Positions 49,958 through 62,409 of a DNA stretch of 64,000 bases are shown here, piece after piece; the stretch's first letter is position 1; every line of letters starts with the position of its first letter. Source of the DNA: Octopus sinensis. Taxonomy: Eukaryota. A program made the translations under genes and the position numbers. The DNA lies in assembly GCF_006345805.1 (NCBI RefSeq), contig NC_043023.1:7502001-7566000 (forward strand). Direction: 5' to 3'. The notes beneath the pieces were generated by a model. That model ran no database searches. It was not told the origin of the DNA and saw nothing but the letters and a program-made list of their open reading frames with translations.

Positions 49958-50419
49958 TGTAGTGTGATGGAGGAAACGCTAACTTGACTGTTCGGTCCAG
50001 TGATTCTCCCTCATATCCCACCAGTTTAGCAAATCTTCTGAGTTCGTTTGCAAATACGTCAACCTGTTCACTGGTCCACTCTGCTTTCCCCAGGCGAGCG
50101 TACGCTTCAAACATTCCATCTGCAAAGGCCTCCATCAAATGGATTTCTATTTTTTTCCACGCTAAGTTGGTCCCTCTCTTCCATTTCTCGGTATAGTGTC
50201 AACACCGATCCATCTAGGTACAGCGGTATAAAACTCGCCGAGTTGTTTATATTGTGGAGTTTCACAACGAACTTCATCTTCAACCAAGTGACTACATCTG
50301 TGTCACTGCAAAATAGTTTTACCATATTGTTCAAAATACAGACTATACTCATCTTTCGTTTTTACGGGGTTTTTTGTTTTTGTTATGGGCCGAAATAGCT
50401 TGTAGTGTGATGGAGGAAA
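49958..50419 (-). mobile_element. Deleted LTR-retrotransposon (Gypsy-like) gag fragment
   Basis: Frameshifted ...DVVTWL.K..VVKL....ASFIPLYLDG..L.LY.EM and EAFADGMFEAY..L....W..E.VDVFANE.RR.A.L.G; bounded by the 19-bp direct repeat TGTAGTGTGATGGAGGAAA. Confidence 0.6.
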
Positions 50420-51174
50420 AAGACGAGACAAAGAAGCAAAAGGGAGAAAGAAATACACAGACCTTACCTGTTGACTGAGGTGGGATGAGCAATCATCATC
50501 ATCATCGTTTAACGTCCACTTTCCATGTTAGCATGGGTTGGACGATTTTGACTGAGGGCTGGCAAACCAGATGGCTGCACCAGACTCCAATCTTCATCTG
50601 GCAGAGTTTCTACAGCTGGATGCCCTTCCTGGATGCAAACCACTCCAAGAGTGTACTGGGTGCTTTTTACATGCCACCGGCACGGGGCCAGTCAGGCGGT
50701 ACCGGCAACGACCTATCAAGAAAAATATTCCTTGCACGCTCACCATCTCTCATCAAATTGCGCCATATGCTCTCTGCCCATGCATGTCCCTGTGGCTCTT
50801 CCGCTGGCCCCTGCAGTCTTCACTTCCGTCTACCTCATTTCCAATCCTCTCCAGCAACACCATATAGCCCATCACAGCCCAAACACCACACTTGCATATT
50901 TCTGTTGAATTACGCTGCCTTTGTTTCAGTTCATTTCGAAATAATGAAGAATTTAGCTAAATAACTTTCTGATTATTAAGCTAGTTTTTGGAACATAAAT
51001 TTAACATGGAAGGTTTTGAGGTCATTCAAGCCTTTTGTTACCATATTTCTATAGAAATACACTGTTGCTGTTTCAATTAATTTTGAAAACATTGAAGAAT
51101 TTACCAAAATAACTGACATTATTAAGCTGGTGTTTGGAACATAAATCAACATGAAATTTTGAAGGAAGAAAGTT

Positions 51175-51402
51175 TTAACCCTTTAGCAATTAAACTGGCC
51201 ATATCAGCCAAAAGTATTCTGCCTGTTCTATGTTCAAACTGGCCAGATCTGGTCTTTCACACCAACCCTACAATATCGTTTTAAAAATTAACAGCTACGT
51301 CATCAGAATCTCATCGCTACAAGATAATGCATGATTTGTTCAAAACAATGTGGATAAAAAAGCATTAATTTTGGTAGAATAATGCGAAAACTAAAGGGTT
51401 AA
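51175..51402. mobile_element. piggyBac-type MITE
   Basis: TTAA-CCCTTT ... AAAGGG-TTAA termini. Confidence 0.7.
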
Positions 51403-51744
51403 TTTAGATCACTAAAGGGGCTCTTTGCCGGTTACCTTATGTATATGTAATGGCATGGAGAAGAGAGGATGGTATGCATGGACGACTACTGGTCTTCCAT
51501 AAACAACCTTGCCTGGACTTGTGCCTCAGAGGGAAACTTACTAGGTACAATCCCATGGTCACCAAGACTAAAAGAGGTATCTACCTGTTACCCTATGTAC
51601 ATATAATGGCATGGATAGGGGAGGCCGGTATGCATGGGGGGCTGCTGGTCTTCCATAAACAACCTTGCCTGGACTTGTGCCTCGGAGGGTAACTTTCTAG
51701 GTGCAATCCCATCGTCAACCATGACCAAAGGAAGTCTCTAATCT

Positions 51745-51953
51745 TTAACCCTTTTGATACCAACCCAGCTCTGGCTCTGTAGTACAAATGTCTTGTTTTC
51801 ATATGTTCTGAATTAAAATCTTCTTAGTCACAATTTATATTCCTAACACTAGCTTAATGATAACTGAGTTATTTTACTAAATTCTTTGTTATATTTAAAA
51901 TTAATTTAAAGAAACACAACATCTCAAAATAAAGGTGGTAATGAAAGGGTTAA
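51745..51953. mobile_element. piggyBac-type MITE (second family member)
   Basis: TTAA-CCCTTT ... AAAGGG-TTAA termini. Confidence 0.7.
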
Positions 51954-52183
51954 ACATACACTGTACAATATCTAGAAAAACAGAAAAATATTTCAAAGAG
52001 GAAAACATTAGAGAATCAATAAAAATTGTAATATCGTCAGAATATATTCTTAGCAGCAAAAATATTGCCTACTGTGTGAGATGTGGTGGTGGAATAAGCA
52101 TTATGAGGATGATGAGGGACAATATTTTCTGTCTTACATCGTTTACATTTGATGGATATTTGTCCTCATCTTGTTTGTTGTTA

Positions 52184-52227
52184 ACACAACATTTCAGCTG
52201 ATATACCCTCCAGCCTTCATCAGGTGT
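52184..52227 (-). ncRNA. Minimal hammerhead ribozyme motif typical of Penelope-like elements
   Basis: ACAC-CUGAUGA-A-GGCUG(10 nt)CAGCU-GAAA-UGU-U-GUGU; two positions are explainable as CpG decay (CCGAAA to CUGAAA, ACGU to AUGU). Confidence 0.65.
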
Positions 52228-52319
52228 CTTGGGGAAATTTCAAACCTGGGTTCTCATTCCTAAGGTATTTTTCGATGTTGTTCTTGTTAAGATTAATATT
52301 AATGAGTAAGATTAATATT

Positions 52320-52570
52320 GTGGAGGCACGTGGCTTAGTGGTTAGGGTGTCAGCATCATGATCGTAAGATTGTGGTTTCAATTCCTGGACCGGGCGACGT
52401 GTTGTGTTCTTGAGCAAAACACTTCATTTCACATTGCTCCAGTCCACTTAGCTGGGAAAAATTAGTAACCCTGCCATGGACTGGTGTCCCATCCAGCTGG
52501 GGAACACATACGCCATAGAAACCGGGAAACTGGGCCCATGAGCCTGGCTAGGCATTAAAAAGGCGAAAAA
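52320..52570 (+). mobile_element. SINE family E (GGAGGCACGTGGCTTAGTGGTTAGGG head); representative copy
   Basis: Other copies at about 12095, 12362, 17320-17450(-), 52615, 53640-53800(-). Confidence 0.75.
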
Positions 52571-54539
52571 AAAAAAAGGATTAATATTAATGAGTAAGGT
52601 TAAGATTTGTGAAGGTATATGGCTCAGTGGTTAGAGCATTGAGCTTACGGTCATGAGGTTGTGAGTTCAAATCCCAGACCAGGCTGCGTGTTGTGTTCTT
52701 GAGCAAGACACTTTATTTCACGTTGCTCCAGTTCACTCAGCTGTAGAAATGAGTTGCGACGTCACAGGTGCCAAGCTGTATTGGCTTTTGCCTTTCCTTT
52801 GGATAACTCTGGTGGTGTGGAGAGGGGAAGCCGGTATGCATGGGCGACTGCTGGTCTTCCATAAACAACCTTGCCTGGACTTGTGCCTGGGAAGGTAACT
52901 TTCTAGGTGCAATCCCACGGTCAGTCATCACTGTAAGGGGTCTCAACAACTCAACATGGGTATAAGTATTTGTGTGTGTGGTGTGCTAGGTGTGTGTTGC
53001 ACACCCATTGAAAATGGTGAATTTATCTGCTATAAAAATACTCTTATGTATTTCTCTGTCACAACTTATGAATGAGAAAGGAAGGGGTGATGGCAAACTT
53101 GGTAGTGGGATGATGGAAGTTCTACTCTTTTACTTGTTTCAGTCATTTGACTGTGGCCATGCTGGAGCACCGCCTTTAGTCGAGCAAATTGACCCCAGGA
53201 CTTATTCTTTGTAAGCCTAGTACTTATTCTATCGGTCTCTTTTGCCGAACTGCTAAGCCACGGGGACGTAAACACACCAGCATTGGTTGTCAAGCGATGT
53301 TGGGGCAACAAACACAGATACACAAACATATACACACACATACATATATATATATATATATCTGTCTACCAAATCCACTCGCAAGACATTGGTCTGCTTG
53401 AGGCTATAGTAGAAGACACTTGCCCAAGGTGCCACGCAGTGGGACTGAACCCGGAACCATGTGGTTGGTAAGCAAGCTACTTACCACACAGCCACTCCTA
53501 CACCTTTTGTTATACCCTTGCTTGAAATTTGGTGGCAGGTGTCCTGAAATAACACTGCACACTTTACAGCACATTGTATGGTACCAGGTGTATTGTAGGA
53601 TAATAGGAGAATGGCAAAAATTAATGGCAAAATGGTGATGACCATGGGATTGCACCTAGAAAGTTGCCTTCCCAAGCACAAGTCTGGGCAGTGTGAAATA
53701 AAGTGTCTTGCTCAAGAACACAAAACGCAGCCTGGTCCAGGATTTGAACTCACAACCTCGCAATCGTGAGCTTGACGCTCTAACCACTGAGCCATGCGCC
53801 TTCACATTCTTATACACATACACTCATAGATACACACACACACGTTGGGAGTACATGCTTATATATACTGTAGATAGTTGGATTCCAAAGTTAGTGGGCT
53901 GATAGTGGAGGTGATGAAGGTTGTATTTGTTTAGATCAGTAGTTCTCAACCAGAATCATCATCATTATCATCGTTTAACATCCGCTTTCCATGCCAGCAT
54001 GGGTTGGACAATTTTGACTGAGGCCTGGCAAACCAGATGGCTGCGCCAGGCTCCAGTCTTGATCTGGCAGAGTTTCTACAGCTGGATGCCCTTCTTCCAC
54101 GAAAAGAAAGCTTAAACTGTGCTCTAAATGGAGGTGTAGTCAAATTTTATAGACTCAACCATGTTCTAAAATAAGTTGAAAGGTAAGCTACTATAAATCA
54201 GCATGAACTTTCCGGACAACCCAATACTTAAATTAGACGAATGAATGCATTTCAGCTTTGTAGTAAAGTGTGTTTATAACACACTGTTAATGCTCTCCCC
54301 AATAGCTGTTGTTTGCCTTTGTTTCTAATTGAAAAAGGAAATGGTTTTGTGATGGGACAAGCATGTGACGAACCGAACATTTTGTCTTGTAAATAAGCAA
54401 GACCTAGACTCTTTGCCGTTGAGGAAATTACTGAACAAGTTTATTCTTCAGACGAAAAGTTTACACTTTATGCCAACAATGAGAGTGATTTGGAGTATTA
54501 AACTGGTGAAAGTTATGAGGGGAAAGTAGCGATTTGGGA

Positions 54540-54880
54540 GAACAAATATTGTAGTTGAGAGATAAGCCTATTATTGTTATTCTCCTGAATTCAGGAGAAT
54601 AACAATAATAGGCCTATTTCATGATTCTGTCCATTAGTTTCCCTGCAATGAACAAATGTTAGTTGAGCGATAGGGCAATTATTTTCTTGAATTATTTTCT
54701 TATTCTATGCATTAGTTTGCTTACAATGAACAAATACAGTAGTTGAGAGATAGGCCAATTATTGCTATTCTCCTGAAATATTTAGTCATTCTGTGCATTA
54801 GTTTGCCTGCAATGAACAAATACGGTAGTCAAGAGATAGGCCTATTATTATTATTCTCCTGACATTTTTTGTGATTCTGT
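54540..54880. repeat. About 85-bp tandem repeat x4 containing a 48-bp perfect palindrome (54566-54613)
   Basis: gaacaaata..gtagttgagagatagg unit; palindrome gcctattattgttattctcctgaa|ttcaggagaataacaataataggc. Confidence 0.85.
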
Positions 54881-55845
54881 CCAAGTATGTATACCTGTGT
54901 ATGTGTGTATATTCATATATACATACATATATTGATTTGAATAACACCTCCGCTTGACTCCATTTCTTAATTTATCCATGTTATACAAAAACATTTCACT
55001 TAACTTGAAATTTCTACCTTTATAAGTAGGCTGTAATATCCTTGGTACTTACCTGAATTTTTGCTACCCTGGTAACTATTTTTTCATTTTTTTCCTTGTT
55101 ATTTGTACACACTGAAAAAATATACATACCGTCTCTCTCGGAGAGGCACAAGCACCTACACACACATATACACATATGGCAGTAAGTTCCGCCTACTAAA
55201 TTCAATAACAAAGCTTCGGTCGGCTTGGGGCTATAACAGGAGACACTTGCCCAAAGTGCCACGTGCTGGGACTGAACCTGAAACCATGTAGCTGGGAAGC
55301 AAGCTTCCTAACCACACAGCCATACCCGTGCCTCTGTGTGTGTGTGTGTGTGTGTGTATACACACACTTTTATACTCAGAGTGTTGCTGTACTCTTTTAC
55401 TTGTTTCAGTCATTTGACTGTGGCCATGCTGGAGCACCGCTTTTAGTCGAACGAATCGACCCCAGGACTTATTCTTTGTAAGCCTAGTACTTTTGCCGAA
55501 CCGCTAAGTTACGGGGACGTAAACACACCAGCATCGGTTGTCAAGCGATGTTGGGGGGACAAACACAGACACACAAATATATACACACATATACATATAC
55601 ACACATACATACATATATATATACGACAGGCTTCTTTCAGTTTCCGTCTACCAAATCCACTCACAAGGCTTTGGTCGGCCTGAGGCTATAGTAGAAGACA
55701 CTTACCCAAGGTGCCATGCAGTGGGACTGAACCCGGAACCATGTGGTTGGTAAGCAAGCTACTTACCACACAGCCACTCCTATGCCTGTACGTTTGAATT
55801 TTTTTCTTTTAATTACTTATTTATTTCATTATTGTCTCTTTCCAG

Positions 55846-56182
55846 ACTTTTTGCCCCAAACGAGCTTTTGGTAGCCAACACCCTGTGGCTAAACGCTCAC
55901 CTTGGCATCGGATTCTTCATCTACAGCCGGCGACACCTGTCAGACAGTCCTGTCTACAAGCGAATCATCTACAGTGCCTTCGGAACGATAGCGTTCAATT
56001 TTGGATCGGTGTTGCTGTGGGCGTCGCTCAAGTCCCTTCTACCAAACAGCACTGGGCTCCGTGTCCTTTTCGGTCTTTTGTCAAGCTGGGGCCTTCTGTA
56101 CGTCGGTAAGGACTACCTCGACCACGTAGACACGCACGTGCCCTCAATTCCGGTTGATTCTGTCACCACGCTTGAGGAGTAG
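55846..56182 (+). CDS. Uncharacterised small multi-pass membrane protein, coding exon 2 (RLFAPNELLVANTLWLNAHLGIGFFIY...DSVTTLEE*)
   Basis: Polypyrimidine tract + TTTCCAG acceptor; AG+A = Arg restores frame; three hydrophobic helices; TAG at 56180-56182. Spliced CDS 495 nt = 164 aa. Confidence 0.85.
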
Positions 56183-56539
56183 TGATTTCGGAAAGCTAGA
56201 GAGGAGTTGTAGTGAGAGAGAGAGAGAGGAGAGAGAATGAGTGTATGTGTGAGAGAGCGAAAGAGAGAGAGAGACAGATGGAGGAGAGGAGGAGTATTAG
56301 AGAGTGTGTGCAAGAGGCAGAGAAAAGGAAGAGTGTGTGAAAAAGAGATAGAGAGAGAGAGAGAGAGATGATATATGAGAGAGTGTGTGAGAGTGTGACA
56401 GACAAGATTGAGTTTGTTGACACTAGATGGCAGCAGTAACATTTAAAAAACACAAGAAGAAAAAAGCCATAACAATGATGATGTTGATGACTATGATGGT
56501 TTATCAGCAACAGAAAATTAATAATAATAATAATAATAA

Positions 56540-58350
56540 TAATGATGATGATTATAATAAAATTTATATTTAAAAAATAGCAAGGCTAAATGACTCTGAT
56601 ATTGTGTGCAGACGTGATATTGAAAAATCTGAGAAATTTCATCACTGTATCTGTTGAACTGAAGACATTTTCACAGTTAAGGAATTTGTATATGCAGCAC
56701 ACCCTCCCTAAAGTAGAAACCTTTAAATATCAATGTATGGTGTAATACAGATGACAAAACCTCCAGAAACCAAGGACCCTTTAACAAGTTCAGCCCTATG
56801 AGAATGAAGGACAACTTAGAAAAACAAGACCACAAGTTATAAAAAAACTTAGACAACAAGCATATCAAATATATACTTCCATCATCAGCTGCCTATCGGA
56901 TATCATTTGTTGTTTTGACACTTAGGCAGTACCATTCAATCTGGCTAATAATAATAAAATTTATATTTAAAAAATAGCAAGGCTAAATGACCGATGACAT
57001 TTTCACAGTTAAGGAATTTGTATATGCAGCAAACCCTCCCTAAAGTAAAAACCTTCAGAAACCATGAAACCAAGGACCCTTTAACAAGTTCAGCATTTTG
57101 AGAATGAAGGACCACTTAGAAAAAGAAGACCACATGATGTAAAAAGATTCACAGACAACAAGCATGTCAAACATGTACTCATCATCAGCTGCCTATCAGA
57201 TATAGTTGTTTTGACACTCACGCAGTACCATTCAACCTGGCTATGTCAGCAGCATTAAAAACATATACGGTGCTTGGAAATTGATAGACAAGAAGCAGGA
57301 GCAAAACATTTGTGTGATATGTCTGTTACATCTACATTTGCTTCTTATTACAAATGCAATCATCAAATTTCAAATGTAGGTTGTTACTTACCTATAGCTA
57401 TGAAGGATAGAAATTCAGAGTACTACCTATAAGAAATGAAGAAGCTTTTAGTAAGTTCAGCCCCTTGAAAATGAAGGACAACTTAAAAATAAACAAGATC
57501 GCAAGATGTAAATAATTCACAAACAACAAGCATATCTAATGTACTCCCCTCATCAGATGCCTAACGGATTTCATTATGGTTTCAACACTTGAGTAGTACC
57601 ATTTAATTTGGCTGTGTCAACAGTATTAAAAGCACAACTGGTGCTTGAAAATTGATAGACAAGAAGCACAGGCATCTACACTTGCTTTTTATTACAAATA
57701 CGAACATCAGACTTCAAATGTAGGTTGTTACTTACCTATAACTATGAAGCATAGAAATTTAAAATACTGCATATAAAAAATCAAGAAGTCTTTAGCAAAT
57801 TCAGCCCCTTGAAAATGAAGGACAACTTAGAACACCTGGACAAGATATAAAAAGATTCACAAACAACAGGCATATCAAATGTACTCCCCTCGTCAGATGC
57901 CTAACGGATATCATTGTGGTTTCAACACTTGAACAGTACCACTCAATCTGGCTGTGTTAAATTCATCAAAAACATACGGTGCATGGGAATTAATAGATAA
58001 ATGTCATTTATATCTACATTTGCTTATTATTACAAATGCAAACATCAAATTTCAAGCATAAATTGTTCCATACCCATTGCCATGAAGCATAGAAAGTTAA
58101 ATATAACCTTTACAAAACTAAGAACCCTTTAATAAGTTCAGCCTTTTGAGAGTGAAAGACAACTTAGAACAACAGAACCACAAAATATAAAAGATATACA
58201 GACAACAAACATATCAAAATATGTACACCCATTGTCAGCCACCTAATGGATATCATTACGGTTTCAACACTTAAGCAGTACCATTATATCTACACTTCTT
58301 ATTACAAATACAAGCATCAAATTTCAAACTTAAATTGTTACCTATAGCTA
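56540..58350 (+). repeat. Degenerate 300-380-bp tandem repeat, about 5 units
   Basis: aagttcagcc...atgaaggacaactta recurs near 56790, 57085, 57455, 57800, 58135. Confidence 0.75.
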
Positions 58351-59925
58351 AAAAGCTGTGAGCTCTAAAATGTGGGTGGAAGCACTCCGTCGGTTACGAT
58401 GATGAGGGTTCCGGTTGATCCGAATCAACAGAACAGCCTGCTCGTGAAATTAACGTGTAAGTGGCTGAGCACTCCACAGACATGTGCACCCTTAATGTAG
58501 TTCTCGGGATATTCAGCGTGACACAGAGAGTGACAAGGCCGGCCCCTTGAAATACAGGTACAACAGAAACAGGAAGTAAGAATGAGAGAAAGTTGTGGTG
58601 AAAGAGTACAGCAGGGATCACCACCATCCCCTGCTGGAGCTTTTAGGTGTTTTCGCTCAATAAACACTCACAACGCCCGGTCTGAGAATCGAAACCGCGA
58701 GTCCGCTGCCCTAACCACTGGGCCATTGCGCCTCTAAAATACCACTCATGAAACATAGAAAAAGCTCCAAAAAGGATATTTACTACCATTATATATATAT
58801 CTCTTCTGTCATTTCATTTATTATTGGAACTATACAATTATTTATGTAAAAGTATTGATAGTTTTCTCTAAGATTCTTTATAGCAGTGGTAGGGGTCTGA
58901 AAATATTGGTAAATGCAGCAAATTGGAAGGGTCATTAAAGTAGTGAATATAACACTTTCCTGTGTTCCAAGTTTGAATCCCGCTGACGTGAAATTAACCT
59001 TTCATCCATTTGGTGGGGTGGGGGTCGATGAAAGAAATAATAATCGAGGGTGTTGGTAGATAGTTGGGACTAATGCCTTGTGGTATTTATTCTGACTCTT
59101 TGCAATAGCACTGGTGTCGAACTGCATCAGTTTAAGTTCTTTTGGGAATGGTCAATAAAAAAAAAATGTTAATCCCGGGTGTTAGATTAGCAGAACTGGT
59201 AGATGGTCGGGACTGATACCTTGTGGTATTTATCCTAGCTCTTTGTGATCCGACAGCGATGTTTGTGATAACACTGGCGCCATACTGCATTGGACTAAAT
59301 TCTTTTAGAGGTGGTCAATAAAAATAAAATACTAATCGAGGGTGTTGGATTGGCAGAACTGAGGGGTGGGCATGACTGATGCTTTGCAGTATTTATCCCA
59401 GCTTTTTTGTGGTCTGATAACGATGCCTGTGACTGCATTGGTGACAAAATGCATCACCAGTGCTTTTTATATGGAGCCAGCACCAATGCTTTCTAAGTGG
59501 TACCAGCACCAGTGTTTTTTAGGTGGAACCAGCACTGGTATCATTCCTGTTGTGGCAGATGGATCTTCTTGAATTCAGCGAAGTGCCAAATAGCTCGGTC
59601 CATTTTTTCTTCAACTTGGTACTCCATTGTAAATGTCTGAAAACAGGTAAAATTTATTCAAATTTCAAAATCAACAAAAAACAGTTGTACAGGAAAAATA
59701 GTGCTACAAAAAAACCCCAAAAAATACAACGATAAAAATATTTTTTGTGTTAATTCTAATAATACTGGATAGATTTAAAATTAATGAGGGGGGAAAAACA
59801 AAATTATCTGACAATGCAACATATTTATATATATATATACACACACGCACACGCACATATATATATATATATGTATATGGTGTCTATTCACTTCCAACAA
59901 TAGAGAGAGCAGTCACCACATTTCA

Positions 59926-60035
59926 TTCCATATCCGCTACCTCTGATGAGTGCAGGGTTACATAATCAAATTGTTACTGAACACTCCGTTGAATCTCTAG
60001 CACGAAACCAATTGATAAGATTGGCTGTAATGGAA
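59926..60035 (+). ncRNA. Decayed type I hammerhead with long stems
   Basis: CUGAUGA at 59943-59949; stem II GUGC...GCAC; GAAA at 60004-60007; near-palindromic stem III ACCAAUUGAU; imperfect ~17-bp stem I (UUCCAUAUCCGCUACCU / AGAUUGGCUGUAAUGGAA). Confidence 0.5.
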
Positions 60036-60144
60036 CTATAACTTTGGATAATATATATATAGGCAACTAAAGTCAAAAGGATGTATACTGAATATATTAG
60101 ATTGATGCACAGAGAAAGTTTAAGATGGAAAAAAGAGGGAGAGG

Positions 60145-60177
60145 AACATTTCGAGCAGATGACTCGTCATCAGGAAG
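60145..60177 (-). ncRNA. Partial hammerhead core (stem I not recoverable)
   Basis: CUGAUGA-C-GAG(UCAUCUG)CUC-GAAA-UGUU; the downstream stem I partner does not pair. Confidence 0.3.
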
Positions 60178-60469
60178 GGAAATGGGAGAAAGTCCAGAGG
60201 GAAGGAAAAGAATAGTGTGAGAAAAGCACAGGTGTTTTTACATGTATATACATACACAACAGGCTTCTTTCGGTGTCAATCTACCAAATCCACTCAAGGT
60301 TTTGGTTGACCCAGGACTATAGCAGGAGACACTTGCCGAAAGAACCACACAGAAGGACTGAATCTGGAACCATTTAGAATTTTTTAATATTTTAACAGTT
60401 AAGGAATGGAACACAGACTTTTCTGCCAACATATTAACTTTGGAATTTAAGACAATATTTTAAGGAAGA

Positions 60470-62130
60470 TGTCTACTTTTAACTAATAGCTAAACTTTGG
60501 TTTAGTAACTAAACTCTTCTGTAAAAGAAATTAAAAAACTACCTTTTGAGTAAAAGCTAACCTCTTCTGTGGAAGAGACCAAAAAATTTCTTCTTGGATT
60601 AATTGCTAACCTCTTTTATAAAAGAGACTGAAAATTTACTTCTTGGACTAATAACTAACCTCTTCTGTAAAAGAGATTGGAAAATTATTTCTTGGACTAA
60701 TTGCTAACCTCTTCTGTAAAAGAGACTGAAAAATTATATTTTGTACTAATAACTAACCTCTCCTGTAAAAGAGATTAAAAAATTACTTCTTCGACTAATT
60801 GTTAACCTCTTTTGTGAATGAGACTGAAAACTTCTTGGACTAACAGCTAACCTCTCCTGTAAAAGAGATTTTAAAAATTACTTCTTGGACTAATGGTTAA
60901 CCTCTTTTGTGAATGAGACTGAAAACCTATTTCTTGGACTAACAGCTAACCTCTCCTGTAAAAGAGGCTGAAAAATCATCCACTGAACTAACCTCTTCTG
61001 TAGAAAGAATTCAAAAATTCCTTCCTTGACTAATAGCTAATCTCTTCTCTAAAGGAAATTAAAAAATTACCCTTTGAAGTAAAAGCTTAACTCTTCTATA
61101 AAGGAGACTGACAAATTATTTCTTGAACTTACCTCTTCTGTTAAAAAGACTGTAAAATTACCTATTTGAACTAATAGCTAAGCTCTTCTGTAAAGGAGAC
61201 TGAAAATGACCCATTGAAGTAAAAGCTTAACTCTTCTATAAAGGAGACTGACAAATTATCTCTTGAATTGACATCTTCTGTTAAAAAGACTGTAAAATTA
61301 CCTGTTTGAACTAATAGCTAAACTCTTCTGTAAAGGAGACTGAAAAATTACCTATTTGAACTAATAGCTAAGCTCTTCTGTAAAGGAGACTGAAAAATTA
61401 CCTATTTGAACTAATAGCTAAGCTCTTCTGTAAAGGAGACTGACAAATTATCTCTTGAACTTACCTCTTCTGTTAAAAAGACTGTAAAATTACCTATTTG
61501 AACTAATAGCTAAGCTCTTCTGTAAAGGAGACTGAAAAATGACCCATTGAAGTAAAAGCTTAACTCTTCTATAAAGGAGACTGACAAATTATCTCTTGAA
61601 TTGACCTCTTCTGTTAAAAAGACTGAAAAATTACCTATTTGAACTAATAGCTAAACTCTTCTGTAAAGGAGACTGAAAAATTACCTATTTGAACTAATAG
61701 CTAAGCTCTTCTGTAAAGGAGACTGAAAAATAACCCATTGAAGTAAAAGCTTAACTCTTCTATAAAGGAGACTGACAAATTATCTCTTGAATTGACCTCT
61801 TCTGTTAAAAAGACTGAAAAATTACCTATTTGAACTAATAGCTAAACTCTTCTGTAAAGGAGACTGAAAAATTACCTATTTGAACTAATAGCTAAGCTCT
61901 TCTGTAAAGGAGACTGAAAAATTACCTATTTGAACTAATAGCTAAGCTCTTCTGTAAAGGAGACTGAAAAATTACCTGTTTGAACTAATAGCTAAGCTCT
62001 TCTGTAAAGGAGACTGAAAAATAACCCATTGAAGTTATAGCTTAACTCTTCTGCAATGGAGACTGAAAAATTACCCACTTTGAACTACCAGTTAAGTTCT
62101 TCTGTAAAGGAGACTGAAAATTCATCCCTA
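60470..62130. repeat. 43-50-bp minisatellite with three unit variants and higher-order repetition
   Basis: Core ctcttctgtaaaggagactgaaaaattacc; homogeneous from about 61070, more diverged to the left. Confidence 0.9.
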
Positions 62131-62409
62131 AAGACTGACAAGACAGCAGAAGGTTCCAGAAAACCACGAGTATTTGTGTCTGTATACATTGTTAGGGCGT
62201 TTTCACACAGCGTTTGTGGGCCTTGGACTGATTTATGCTCATTTCCTGAGAATTTTCTATTTTTCTTTCCTGTTTTCCATTTTGTTTGTTACGTTTTATG
62301 AAAGTAAATGATGCAATTTTTCAAACATGGATTATATAATGATGGTGGTGGTGGTGGTGATGGTTGATGCTGGTGTTTATAGTTATAATATTAATAATAA
62401 CAGTTTTGG

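Noticed and set aside
54130-54540. Possible transposase N-terminal fragment
   Set aside because: Several stops and no diagnostic motif I can recognise.
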